A stretch of DNA of 64,000 nt from positions 1-64,000 of the forward strand of contig CAWAGQ010000009.1 of the NCBI GenBank assembly GCA_963781585.1, in the 5' to 3' direction. Below the pieces are notes generated by a model. The model did no database searches. It saw nothing but the letters and a program-made list of their open reading frames with translations, and was not told where the DNA came from. How positions within the stretch are numbered: the first letter of the stretch is position 1; every line of letters starts with the position of its first letter. Below, in pieces: positions 29,617 to 39,454 of this stretch. The stretch is from an uncultured Gemmatimonadaceae bacterium. Lineage in GTDB: Bacteria > Gemmatimonadota > Gemmatimonadetes > Gemmatimonadales > Gemmatimonadaceae. The position numbers were made by a program, and so were the translations under genes.

Positions 29617-30875
29617 GGGCGTGACGTGGGCGTGAGCGTGAAGAGTCGGACAGCGGACGTTTCGATCCACGCCGTCGTGACATCGTCGATGTACTGCAGC
29701 ATCACCTCGCGGGCCGAGCGCTGCGCCTCGAGCACGCTGGTCAGCGGCGCCTGCCCTTCCTGATACGCCTGAATCGACATGGCAACCACGCGATTGGCGC
29801 TCTCCAGCAGGAGCTGGTCGCGCTCGACCTTCGCCGAGGCGACCTGCCGCGCGCGCTGCGCCTGCGCAATCTGCGCCTGGCTTTCGAGCCGCGCGAGCGC
29901 CAATTCTGCACCCGCCCGCTCCCGCTCCGCATCGGCGGAGAGGATGGGCCCGCGGTTGCGACTCAGCAGGGGAAGCGGGATGGACAAGCCCACGGTCGGG
30001 AGCAATCCGCGCTCGTCCCCTCCCGGCACCCGCGTCTCAAAACCGGCCTCGAGAATGGGCCACGGCCAGATGCCGCGGCGCTGGTATCGGACTCCGTATT
30101 CGGCTGCGCTCATTGCGGCTTCCGCGGCGGCAATGCGCAGGGGGGCCCCCGCGGAGGCCGTGGGTGCAGCAGCCGGCGGAACCGTGAGGGAGTCGCTCAG
30201 CGAGATCGCGACGCCATCGGCGGACATGCCGACCACGGTCTGCAAGTCGAGAAGCGTCGAGACCAGGGCCAGCGAATCCGCGATCGCGATGTTCGCCTGT
30301 TGCCCGGCGTTGATGGTGGCCAGCTGCACTTCGAGCTCGCTCGCGTCACCGGCGTCGCGTCGCAGCGCGGCGATGCGTCGAAGGCTGTCGGCGTCAGCCG
30401 CATTGCGACGCGAGAGTCGCGCGCGTGCCAGCGCCGCCAGCGCGATGCTATACGTCGTGTCGGCATCGTGCGCGATGGACGCGCGCTCGTACTCGAACCG
30501 GAGCGCCGCCGCCTGCCGCGACAGCTCGGCAGCGCTGATTCGCGCCCCCCGCAGTCCGCCGAGGTCGAGAGGGATGTCGACCACGACGTGGTACTGCGGA
30601 GCGTCCTTCGTGTAGGTGGTAGTCAGCGAGGGATTCGGGAGGGCACGCGCGGTGATGAGTTGAGCCAGCGCCTGGAGCGTGTCGGCGCGAACGACGGCGA
30701 GTCGCGGACCGGTCGCCAGGGCGCCGTCGACGACCTGGGCACGGGTCATGGCCTGTTGCGCACCGCTGAGCTGCGAAGTCGCACTGAGCGCGATGGTGCA
30801 CGAGAGCATCGCGACGGTCGCGGTGCCGGCCAGGTGAGCGGCGAGTGGGCCGCGGTGGCAGAGGCGAAGCGGCAT
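29613..30875 (-). CDS. TolC-family outer membrane efflux protein
   Basis: ALPNP, GLSIPLPLLSRNRG and YQEGQAPLTSVLEAQR. Start uncertain. Confidence 0.88.
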   Translation of the reverse strand: MPLRLCHRGPLAAHLAGTATVAMLSCTIALSATSQLSGAQQAMTRAQVVDGALATGPRLAVVRADTLQALAQLITARALPNPSLTTTYTKDAPQYHVVVDIPLDLGGLRGARISAAELSRQAAALRFEYERASIAHDADTTYSIALAALARARLSRRNAADADSLRRIAALRRDAGDASELEVQLATINAGQQANIAIADSLALVSTLLDLQTVVGMSADGVAISLSDSLTVPPAAAPTASAGAPLRIAAAEAAMSAAEYGVRYQRRGIWPWPILEAGFETRVPGGDERGLLPTVGLSIPLPLLSRNRGPILSADAERERAGAELALARLESQAQIAQAQRARQVASAKVERDQLLLESANRVVAMSIQAYQEGQAPLTSVLEAQRSAREVMLQYIDDVTTAWIETSAVRLFTLTPTSRP

Positions 30876-31066
30876 GGCGCGCGGTTGGCGGCCCGCTAGC
30901 GCTCGACGGAGGACAGCGTGCAAGAGACCGGGATCATCGGACAGGGTTGTTGCCCGCCATTCGCTCTGCGTAGGGTCGAAGACGCGGCGGCGGTGGCGAA
31001 CTGTCGGCGCATAACCCTGTCAAACTGAACGCCCTGCAGCAAGACGGAGTGGCGAGCCTCCCGGAT

Positions 31067-31513
31067 TCATCCCTTCCCGGGTGCGCGCTTTGCCGCCGCA
31101 GGTTTCTGGTCTTCCTTCTCGCGTTCACCGGCCTCCTCGGTCGCGCTCTCATGCGATCTGCCCAGAAACGCGCCGTCGGTCGCGCCGATGTGAATCTCCT
31201 CGATGCCCTCCTTGCCGGCGACCGCAATATCGAAGGAGTAGAGGAGCTTTCCATCCTCGTTCTCCAGCTCGGCGCTCTTCACGGTGCCTCCGGGCACCTG
31301 GGCAAGGGCCAGAATCGTCGCTGAGTCCTTCGTGATCTTCGCCGCCGCCAGATTCGCCGAGTCGCCGCCCGAGCCACTTCCGACTTCGACCCCGGCGGCT
31401 TCTTCCGCCTCTTCGCCCCTTTCGGATTTCTCCGTCATCCGGCTGACGCTCCAGCCGATGGCCACTCCAATACCGAGGACAGCGACCATCGCCAGACTGC
31501 GGTTCATTCCCAT
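31067..31513 (-). CDS. PepSY-domain exported protein
   Basis: N-terminal hydrophobic segment, then ALAQVPGGTVKSAELENEDGKLLYSFDI...EEIHIGATDGAFL. Confidence 0.85.
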   Translation of the reverse strand: MGMNRSLAMVAVLGIGVAIGWSVSRMTEKSERGEEAEEAAGVEVGSGSGGDSANLAAAKITKDSATILALAQVPGGTVKSAELENEDGKLLYSFDIAVAGKEGIEEIHIGATDGAFLGRSHESATEEAGEREKEDQKPAAAKRAPGKG

Positions 31514-31635
31514 GGAACAGGCTCCGTTCGTGAGGATCTGGCTGCGTCAATCGACGGACCAGTACGCTTGTTGCGCCCACCTTGACCCACCAGAGGCACG
31601 GCGCGCAACACTACCGGCAATAGCTGTTACCAGGA

Positions 31636-32991
31636 TTACAGGATTCGCGTCGCTGCGGCGGCGTCCGTCAGGCTCCGCTTAGCGGCGGAGGCCGGTCCTC
31701 CCCCTTTCACGGAGGCCGGGAATTCCACCGTTACCCGCGTGCCTACATCAGGCGTCGAGTCAATGTGAATCGAGGCGCCGTGCGCGCTCGCGATCCATTT
31801 GGCGATCGCGAGACCCAGTCCAGCGCCGCCGCGATCCAAGGACACGGGACGGTCCTGTGGCGCAGGATCGCGCACCCTGAAGAACCGGTCGAACACGTGG
31901 GGCAGGTGCTCGGGTGCTATGCCAATCCCGGTGTCCTCGACGCTCAGTGTCGGGCGATGCTGCAGTCCGCTCACCCGCACCGTGACCTTGCCGCCCGGCG
32001 GCGTGAACTTGATGGCGTTGTCGAGAATGTTCATCGTGAGCCGGCGCAGCAACGCCGCGTCTCCGTCCACGACCGCTTCTTCGTACTCGACAACGGATAC
32101 GGTGACGTGCGCCATCTGGGCGACAACAGCTGCCGACTGCGCCGTCTCGAGCACGATGTCGTCGAGGTAGAGGCCGGCCGTAACCTGGGGCCGCTCCCCG
32201 GCCTCGGCGCGCGCGAGCACGAAGAGGCTGTCGACCACATGAGCCAGATGCCGCGCCTCGGCGGCGACGCCCTGCAGGGCGGTCACGTAGTCGTCGGTGC
32301 TCCGCTCCCGCTGGAGTGCGACCTCGGCTCGCGTTCGGACAATCGTGACCGGGGTGCGAAGCTCGTGTGCCGCGTCGGCCATGAATCGGCGCATGTGCTC
32401 AATGGTCTGGCCGACCGGAGCGCTCGCCTTCCGCACGAGGATCCAGCCGCCGCCCCCGACGAGAACAATCGCGGCGACAGCCGCGGCACCGAATGCCGCG
32501 ATCAGTTCCGCGTATCGGTCCTCGAGCTCCACACTGCGGTCCACCACCGCAGCAACGAGGGTCGTGCCGTCGGACAGCACGAACCGCTCGGCACGGAGGC
32601 GGAGCGTCGTTTCGCTGCCACCATCCCGCTCATCCCGCGCTGTCCCATCGCGCGCCGCGCGCACGGCGGCCTCGCGCACCCAGGGGTCGGCCGCCGTCGG
32701 GGAAACCGGATGTCCATCAGCGGTCAGGAGGTACGTGGTCCGCTCGCTCCGTCGCGCCGGATGGTCTGCCGGCGCAGCCCAGGAGCGTTCGACAAGGGCC
32801 CGACTCCCCAGTGCCTGCGCGTTCCGGATCGCGTCCGTGGTCGTGACCCGGAGCGAGCGGCGCATTTCGCGCGAGTACTGCTCCCGGATCGCGAAGAACA
32901 GCCCGCCGCCCAGGAGCACCAGGATGACGGTCAGCGTGGCGGCGTACCAGGCGGTGAGCCGGACGCGGAGTCTCGACAGCGGTTCAAGCAC
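31636..32991 (-). CDS. Sensor histidine kinase
   Basis: Two TM segments, H-box FMADAAHELRTP, NILDNAIKF, DTGIGI, FDRFFR and GAGLGLAI. Confidence 0.93.
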   Translation of the reverse strand: MLEPLSRLRVRLTAWYAATLTVILVLLGGGLFFAIREQYSREMRRSLRVTTTDAIRNAQALGSRALVERSWAAPADHPARRSERTTYLLTADGHPVSPTAADPWVREAAVRAARDGTARDERDGGSETTLRLRAERFVLSDGTTLVAAVVDRSVELEDRYAELIAAFGAAAVAAIVLVGGGGWILVRKASAPVGQTIEHMRRFMADAAHELRTPVTIVRTRAEVALQRERSTDDYVTALQGVAAEARHLAHVVDSLFVLARAEAGERPQVTAGLYLDDIVLETAQSAAVVAQMAHVTVSVVEYEEAVVDGDAALLRRLTMNILDNAIKFTPPGGKVTVRVSGLQHRPTLSVEDTGIGIAPEHLPHVFDRFFRVRDPAPQDRPVSLDRGGAGLGLAIAKWIASAHGASIHIDSTPDVGTRVTVEFPASVKGGGPASAAKRSLTDAAAATRIL

Positions 32992-33024
32992 GACCCGGCC
33001 TGGCGCAGGTGGAGATGTGTCTGA

Positions 33025-33693
33025 TCATGCTCCGAACCGATATCCTGAGCCTCGGAGGGTATGAATCAGCTTCGGTTCGAACGCATCGTCGATTTTTCTT
33101 CGAAGCCGCCTCACGAGCACCTCGAGCACGTTGGTGAAGGGATCGTGGTTCTCGTCCCATACGTGCGCCGTGATGGACGCGCGGTCCACCACGCGACCCG
33201 CGTGTCGCAGGAAGAGCTCCAGCAAGGCGAATTCCTTCGCGGTGAGGGAGATGTCGACGTCGCCGCGACGGACCGAGTGGGTGGCCAGATTCACCTCGAG
33301 GTCGGCCACCCGCACCACCTCGTGCAGCAGCGAGGCCGGACGGCGCGCGAGCGCCGCCAGTCGAGCCAGCAGTTCGCGAAACGCGAACGGTTTCACGAGA
33401 TAATCGTCCGCACCGACTTCGAGCCCGGTTACGCGGTCGTCGACTGCGTCGCGAGCCGTGAGCATCAGGACCCGTGATGCCACTGCCTGCGCCCGCAGGG
33501 TCCGGCACAACTCGAATCCGGAGCCATCGGGGAGCATCACATCGAGCACGATGACGTCGAACTCTTCGTGCAGGGCCCGCAGGGCCCCGTCGCGAAATCC
33601 GGTGGCCGTTTCCACATGCCATCCTTTCTCCCGGAGCCCCGCCTGGAGCACCGAGCGCAGCTCGTTATCGTCTTCGACGACCAGCACTCGCAT
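33025..33693 (-). CDS. OmpR-family response regulator (CusR/CzcR-like)
   Basis: MRVLVVEDD, LDVMLP, GADDYLVKPF and LIHTLRGSGY. Confidence 0.93.
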   Translation of the reverse strand: MRVLVVEDDNELRSVLQAGLREKGWHVETATGFRDGALRALHEEFDVIVLDVMLPDGSGFELCRTLRAQAVASRVLMLTARDAVDDRVTGLEVGADDYLVKPFAFRELLARLAALARRPASLLHEVVRVADLEVNLATHSVRRGDVDISLTAKEFALLELFLRHAGRVVDRASITAHVWDENHDPFTNVLEVLVRRLRRKIDDAFEPKLIHTLRGSGYRFGA

Positions 33694-33893
33694 CGAACTG
33701 CGGACCCCCGATGTCGCCAATTTTGGTGCGCGGACCGAGACGTTCAATCCCGGGCGTTGCGCCGCGGCGTTCCGCCCGTCACGATCCTTGCGAAATCTGT
33801 GCTGCCATCATGTCGTTGGCGAATCCTATGCCCGGTCACCTGTCATCTCCATGACCTCTGCGACAGGTCGTGACGTTCCCCCTTGCCTGATTC

Positions 33894-34745
33894 ATGACGG
33901 TTGATCCGGGCGATTCCCTGAGCGCCCTCGCGCCGCTGGAGCGGTTCCATGTCCGCGTGGCAACGCGAATGAACCGCGAGCCGTGGAAGGCTTTCTGGAC
34001 GGCGTGCGGGCGACAGATCAACGCCAGGTGGATCTGGGCCATCGCGCGACGGCAAACCCGGGTTCACGGATTCGAGCATGTGGAAGGAACCTCGCCGCTT
34101 CGGCCGGTGCTGCTGGTGGCGAATCATCGCTCGTTCTTCGACATGCACGTGGTGACCTGCCTGCTGTTCCGGCGCCTTCGGCGCCGCATGCGCATCTATT
34201 TCCCCGTCCGCGGCCGATACTACTACGAGACTGTGGGTGGCATGGCGCTGAATTGTTTCGGAGCCTTCTGGGCCATGTACCCCCCACTTTTCACGCACGC
34301 CACGCACCAGGCCTTCGATCGGTACTCGCTCGAGGTTCTCATCAATCTCTGCCGCGTGGGTGAGGGCCACTTCATCGGGATTCATCCGGAGGGCGGACGC
34401 AATCGTGATGCGGATCCGTACTCCTTCCGCCGCATCCAGCCTGGGACGGGGCGGATCATCCACGCCGCGGCGCCCCAAGTGATTCCAGTCTTCATCGCGG
34501 GACTCGGCAACAGCCTGCGCCGACATATCGCGGCGAACTGGCGCGGCGGAGAACCGATTCGCGTGCACTTCGGCCCGCCGGTCGAGATCACACCATTTCT
34601 GTCCCTGCCGCCGAAGGGAAGCACCTACAAGACCATCACCGAGCATGTGATGTCCTGCGTGCGGGACCTGGCCGAGCAGGATCGCGTGCTATACGCGTCA
34701 GACGCTCCGTCTCGGCCGGGGTGGCCCGATCCAGCGGGATCCTAG
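33894..34745 (+). CDS. Lysophospholipid acyltransferase family protein
   Basis: NHRSFFD (HX4D) and HPEGGR motifs. Confidence 0.87.
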   Translation: MTVDPGDSLSALAPLERFHVRVATRMNREPWKAFWTACGRQINARWIWAIARRQTRVHGFEHVEGTSPLRPVLLVANHRSFFDMHVVTCLLFRRLRRRMRIYFPVRGRYYYETVGGMALNCFGAFWAMYPPLFTHATHQAFDRYSLEVLINLCRVGEGHFIGIHPEGGRNRDADPYSFRRIQPGTGRIIHAAAPQVIPVFIAGLGNSLRRHIAANWRGGEPIRVHFGPPVEITPFLSLPPKGSTYKTITEHVMSCVRDLAEQDRVLYASDAPSRPGWPDPAGS

Positions 34746-35719
34746 TCCTTGCGTCGCCCGGTAGAGGCTGCCGGCTGGGTGCGAGACTGTCCCTTGCCCA
34801 TGCGCTGCGCCGCCCTGGTCTGGTACGCGGCGTCGGGCGGCGGGTTGCCGTTCGGCCAGTCGAGCTCCTTCCCCGGCAGATCGGGGCGTGGCCGCGACGT
34901 GATGAGCGTAGCCAGATCGTAGGCCTGCTGCAGCGTCAACGTCCCAGGCGCGTTCTGCGGCATGACATGTTTGATCCATGCCGTCGCCTGATAGAGTCGC
35001 GCCATCCCGGCGCCGATGTTGAATGAGCGCGGCCCCCACAGCGGCGGTGCAAGATCGGTTCCGAGTCCGTTGGGTCCGTGGCAGGCGACACACTTCTCCG
35101 CGAAGACCTGCTTCGCGCGCAGCGTGTCGCCGGGCGGCGGATTCAGCGGCAGGGAATCGATGTGCGGCAACCCCTGCCCCTCCACCCGCGACCCCACGGG
35201 ATACCCGTTGGAGAGGAAGGCCATGTACGCCACCATGTCGCGCATGTCGCGACCGGCAATCGGGAGCGGCTTGCCGTTCAGACTGCGCAGGAAGCAGTCG
35301 TTGATGCGATCCTCGATCGTTTGCGGATACGCCGAGCGACTCCGGTACTGCGGGTACCGCGCATATGCGCCAATCCAGGGCATGGCGTTGCGGAGCGTGC
35401 CGTCGTTTGGGTGGCAGCTGATGCACTGCAGTGCGTTCCCTACGTGGCGGGTCAGGGAATCCCGGGTGTCCCGCAACAACGCCCGTCCGCGGCGAATCGA
35501 TTGCAGGAGCGCCGGGTTGTCGATCTCGCTCTCGCTGGGAATGCGGAATACCACGCGCGAGACGGGGACGGGGGCCACCGTCACGCCGGTGTCGAGGGTC
35601 GCGTCGGCCGCCGTCTCACCGGGCGATGTATGCACGACCTTGCAGCCGCACACGCATGCTACGGCGGCGAAACCAACGAGCTCCCGCACGCCAGCAGGCT
35701 TTCTTCTCAGACCCATCAT
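34742..35719 (-). CDS. tsdA: Dihaem cytochrome c, thiosulfate dehydrogenase TsdA-like
   Basis: CISCH and CVACH haem sites, YPQYRSR, RINDCFLRSLNG (active-site Cys) and PPLWGPRSFNIGAGM. AGAGGA RBS and lipoprotein-like signal. Confidence 0.8.
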   Translation of the reverse strand: MMGLRRKPAGVRELVGFAAVACVCGCKVVHTSPGETAADATLDTGVTVAPVPVSRVVFRIPSESEIDNPALLQSIRRGRALLRDTRDSLTRHVGNALQCISCHPNDGTLRNAMPWIGAYARYPQYRSRSAYPQTIEDRINDCFLRSLNGKPLPIAGRDMRDMVAYMAFLSNGYPVGSRVEGQGLPHIDSLPLNPPPGDTLRAKQVFAEKCVACHGPNGLGTDLAPPLWGPRSFNIGAGMARLYQATAWIKHVMPQNAPGTLTLQQAYDLATLITSRPRPDLPGKELDWPNGNPPPDAAYQTRAAQRMGKGQSRTQPAASTGRRKD

Positions 35720-36022
35720 CAAGTCCTCTCTGGAACTCCACCCCGTCCCGGCGGCGCCGTTGCGGTTCGAGGTGTTGTGCAGAATCAACAATCCCGCCGA
35801 CCGGCACCGCGTTCCGGCGCTGACGACGGCCTCTCGATGCAGATTACGGCGCGCCCAACGTGCACGATAGAGCGATGGCAGACGCGACGCAGGCGTCCCC
35901 GGGCCGGCGCGGGCCTTGCGCGCACGAGTGTGAGCGGTGCTTCATGCACGCACGGGCGCGCATCCCGACTGCACTGCGGCGGTGCGGCGAGCGCCCGCAG
36001 CGGTTCACCCGGCCTGAGCGAC

Positions 36023-36946
36023 ATGACACGCACCGTACGCCTGATCGGCGCCGGAATCTCCGTCTGCACCGCGCTGCTGGTCGCCGCGCGGCCGGGTGGC
36101 GCGCAAGCATCCGGCTCGATCCTGGTCTCCACGCAATGGCTCGAACAGCACCTCCGCGATGCCGACCTCGTGGTGATCCACACCTCGGGCCAGAAGTCCG
36201 ACTACGATGCCGGTCATGTGCCGGGTGCCCGGTTTCTGCCGTTGCAGGCCTATACGACGCAACGCGACGGGCTGTCGAGCGAGCTGCCGGATCCAGCCCT
36301 CCTCGATTCGGCGCTCGAGGCTATAGGCGTCTCCGACCATTCGCGCATCGTCGTGACCGGGGGGCCGATCACGAACACGGCGCGTCTCTTCTTCACGCTG
36401 GACTACTTCGGCCTCGGCGCGCGCCTTTCGTTGCTCGATGGAGGCATCGATGCCTGGCGTGAGGAGGGGCACCCGCTCGAACGTGCCGCTCCACCGACGC
36501 CCCGCGGCACCGTGACGCTGCGCCCCCAGCCGGACAAGCGGGTCGACGCGCACTGGATCATGGCGAAGGCCGGCTTGCAGGGCGGTCATGTGGCCGTGCT
36601 CGATGCGCGGGTCCCGGAGTATTTCGAAGGGCTGCTGGCCAACAACACGCCACGGGCCGGCCACCTTCCGACCGCGAAGAACGTTCCGTATAGCTGGCTG
36701 ACGGGTGAACTCACCCGGTTTCGCGACCGCGACAAGCTGGCGCGGCTCTTCGCACGTGCGGGGGTCACGCCGGGTGACACGGTGGTCACGTACTGTCACA
36801 TCGGCATGCAGGCCAGCGTGCTGTACGTGGCGGCGCGCGTACTCGGCTATCCCGCGGCGGTGTACGACGGCTCCTTCGAGGACTGGAGCCGGCGCAGTGA
36901 ACTTCCGGTCACCGGCGCGGTCCCCGCGCGACCCCCGCATCACTAG
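36023..36946 (+). CDS. Exported two-domain rhodanese / sulfurtransferase
   Basis: Signal peptide, LVSTQWL, GHVPGA, LLDGG, LDAR, GHLPTA, active loop YCHIGMQA and YDGSFEDW. Confidence 0.88.
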   Translation: MTRTVRLIGAGISVCTALLVAARPGGAQASGSILVSTQWLEQHLRDADLVVIHTSGQKSDYDAGHVPGARFLPLQAYTTQRDGLSSELPDPALLDSALEAIGVSDHSRIVVTGGPITNTARLFFTLDYFGLGARLSLLDGGIDAWREEGHPLERAAPPTPRGTVTLRPQPDKRVDAHWIMAKAGLQGGHVAVLDARVPEYFEGLLANNTPRAGHLPTAKNVPYSWLTGELTRFRDRDKLARLFARAGVTPGDTVVTYCHIGMQASVLYVAARVLGYPAAVYDGSFEDWSRRSELPVTGAVPARPPHH

Positions 36947-36956
36947 GGCCCATTGC

Positions 36957-36990
36957 GCCACGGGCCGCCCCAATCGGGGCGGCCCGTGGC
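36957..36990. terminator. Hairpin between convergent genes (probable bidirectional terminator)
   Basis: Perfect 15-bp stem GCCACGGGCCGCCCC/GGGGCGGCCCGTGGC with AATC loop. No strong U tract. Confidence 0.55.
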
Positions 36991-37012
36991 AGGCTGGAGT
37001 GAAAAACAGGCG

Positions 37013-37645
37013 TCAGAATCCGAGATTGAGGCCCACGCCGAACATCCAGTTGTGCGCGGTGTTTCCGGTCAGGTTCAGACCGGTCGCCTCCTTGAAATCG
37101 AACTTACCGACGTAGTCCTTCGCCATGGCGCGCAGCCCGAGGGCGCGAGTGACCTGGACATCCACGCCTCCACCGAAGTTGGCGGCGAAGTTGGTGGCAC
37201 GGGTGGTGAGCGATGCAGCGGTCACTTCGTAGCGTATCGCGCCCGCACCCGCCTCCACGTAGGGCACCAGTCCGGTGCCCGACGCGCTGAGGACCGGAAG
37301 CCGGAACTGGAGACCGCCGTCGTACAGCAGTGCCTTCGTGTCGGCGATCTTGAGACCGCCGATCAGGGGTAGTCCCACCTCGAGGTTGGAGTCGGTGTAC
37401 CCGACATTCCCCACAAGGGCGACGTTGGGAACGAGCGAGATACCCAGCTGGGCCCCATAGATGACCGATCCCTGATTCGAGAGGTACGTGCCGATCGGAC
37501 CGGTCGCAATGTTGCCGAAGGTGATGTAGCCGACATATGGCGTGAGGCGCGCCACCGAGGAGCCAGTGCTTCGCTGGGCCTGAGCGACTCCGGGAAGCCC
37601 GGCCAGGACGAGCGAGATCAAGGTGCGAACAAAGCGTGCGTTCAT
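37013..37645 (-). CDS. Outer-membrane beta-barrel protein (OmpA-like 8-stranded type)
   Basis: Signal peptide ending AQA, alternating beta-strands (PYVEAGAGAIRY, FGGGVDVQV) and C-terminal Phe (GLNLGF). Confidence 0.82.
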   Translation of the reverse strand: MNARFVRTLISLVLAGLPGVAQAQRSTGSSVARLTPYVGYITFGNIATGPIGTYLSNQGSVIYGAQLGISLVPNVALVGNVGYTDSNLEVGLPLIGGLKIADTKALLYDGGLQFRLPVLSASGTGLVPYVEAGAGAIRYEVTAASLTTRATNFAANFGGGVDVQVTRALGLRAMAKDYVGKFDFKEATGLNLTGNTAHNWMFGVGLNLGF

Positions 37646-37805
37646 TGGGGTCCCCCTGGAAAGGTCGAATTCTCCGAGCGCCCACCAGTAAGGCATGCCC
37701 AATGCCGTATCGTCGCGTCGCCTCAAGTGGCCGGACCGGCGGGACTTGCGAGCGCGCGGCCGATTGGCCGGAATCCCGATGTCCACCACCAGGGACGCCC
37801 GCATG

Positions 37806-39176
37806 TCACCGCGCGGTCCCCAGCTCCTCCCATAGCATGGCGACCGCCTTCATCCCTGTCCGGAAGTTCTCGTCGCTCATCCACTCGTTGGGCGCATGGG
37901 CGTTCTCTCCTGGGAGTCCAAAGCCCAACAGCAGAACGGGGCTTCCCAGGATCCGACGGAAGTCATCAACCACGGGAATCGAGCCGCCCTCACCGGCCAG
38001 CACAGGTGCCTTTCCGAACGCGCGCTGCAGCGCGCGCCGCCCCGCTTCGAAGAGCGGCCCTTCGAGCGAGGCACGCCACGGCCGGCCACCGTGAAGCGGT
38101 GTCACCCTGACCGTCACCCCAGGTGGTGCCACTCGTTGCACGTGCGCCCGCAACAGCCCGGTGATCGTGTCAGGATCCTGATCGGGGACCAGGCGACAGC
38201 TGACCTTCGCCATCGCCTTCGAGGGCAACACAGTTTTGGCTCCCTCTCCCGTATAGCCACTCAGGAGCCCGTTCACCTCGAGGGTTGGACGCGACCAGAT
38301 CCGCTCGAGCGTAGAGTATCCCGTTTCGCCACCGAGGGCGGGCCCTCCCGTTTGGCGCCGGAATGTGTCGTCATCAAACGGCAGGGTTCGGATCTGCTCG
38401 CGAACCTCGGGTTCCCACTCGCGCACGAGATCGTAGAACCCTGGAATGGCAATCCGACCCTGGCTGTCATGAAAACTGGCGATGATCCGGGCCAGCGCGG
38501 CGGCGGGATTCACGACCGCCCCGCCGTAGCTGCCGGAGTGCAGGTCGGTGGACGGCCCCTGCACATCGATCTGCACGTAGGTCATTCCGCGGAGCGAGAA
38601 GAGGAGCGACGGGAGACCCGGCGCGAACATCGACGAGTCGGAGATCACCACTCCGTCGCACGCAAGCCGCGCGGCGTTGGCTTCGATGAAACCGGGCAGG
38701 TGTTCGCTGCCCACTTCTTCCTCGCCTTCCGCCACCACAATCACGTTTACGGGAAGGTGCCCAGTGGTGGCGAGGTGCGCTTCGATGGCCTTTACGTGCA
38801 GGTAGAGCTGCCCCTTGTCGTCGACCGACCCACGCGCGTAGATGCGCCCGTTCCGCACGACCGGATCGAAGGGCGGTGATTCCCACAGGTCCAGGGGCTC
38901 GGCCGGCTGCACGTCGTAGTGGCCGTAGACCAGGATGGTCTTCGCGGCCGGTCCTGCTCCGCGCCACTCGCCGAGGACTATGGGGTGGCCGGCGGTGGGA
39001 TGGACCTCGGCGGTAAGACCGGCCGCGCGCATGCGTTGGGCGAGCCACTCGGCCGCGCGGCCTGTATCGGCCTGATGCTCGGAGCGAGCGCTGACGCTCG
39101 GAATGCGCAGGAAGTCGAACAGTTCCTCGTGGAAGCGGGCATCGTTGGCGTCGAGGAACGACAGGATCTGGCTCAT
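37806..39176 (-). CDS. M20-family dipeptidase
   Basis: LRIPSVS, YGHYDVQP, ARGSVDDKGQ, EGEEEVGS, DLHSG, GGSIP and HAPNE. Confidence 0.92.
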   Translation of the reverse strand: MSQILSFLDANDARFHEELFDFLRIPSVSARSEHQADTGRAAEWLAQRMRAAGLTAEVHPTAGHPIVLGEWRGAGPAAKTILVYGHYDVQPAEPLDLWESPPFDPVVRNGRIYARGSVDDKGQLYLHVKAIEAHLATTGHLPVNVIVVAEGEEEVGSEHLPGFIEANAARLACDGVVISDSSMFAPGLPSLLFSLRGMTYVQIDVQGPSTDLHSGSYGGAVVNPAAALARIIASFHDSQGRIAIPGFYDLVREWEPEVREQIRTLPFDDDTFRRQTGGPALGGETGYSTLERIWSRPTLEVNGLLSGYTGEGAKTVLPSKAMAKVSCRLVPDQDPDTITGLLRAHVQRVAPPGVTVRVTPLHGGRPWRASLEGPLFEAGRRALQRAFGKAPVLAGEGGSIPVVDDFRRILGSPVLLLGFGLPGENAHAPNEWMSDENFRTGMKAVAMLWEELGTAR

Positions 39177-39454
39177 GCTCGGGGCTGGAAGGGGTGGTGG
39201 CGACAGTCGGTGACGGCTGGTGATCGAACCTGCTGCATGGTGCGCGTTGGCACAATGCGTCCGGCGGGCCAACCGAGCCGGCGTTAGGCAGCCGGGCGCC
39301 GGAGGAACTGACACGCTTGCCGCCGGGTGCGACCGGGAGTCGGGACCTCAGCGGCTACCGTGCATCTAACTGGCAACATGCATATTGCCGGTCCAAGAAC
39401 GAGAGTCCGCAATTATATCTGGCATTAATACATTTGTCGGTTAGATTGCCGTCC

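Noticed and set aside
33835..33874. Inverted repeat GTCACCTGTC...GACAGGTCGTGAC before the acyltransferase
   Set aside because: Short and imperfect, with no independent support as an operator or terminator.
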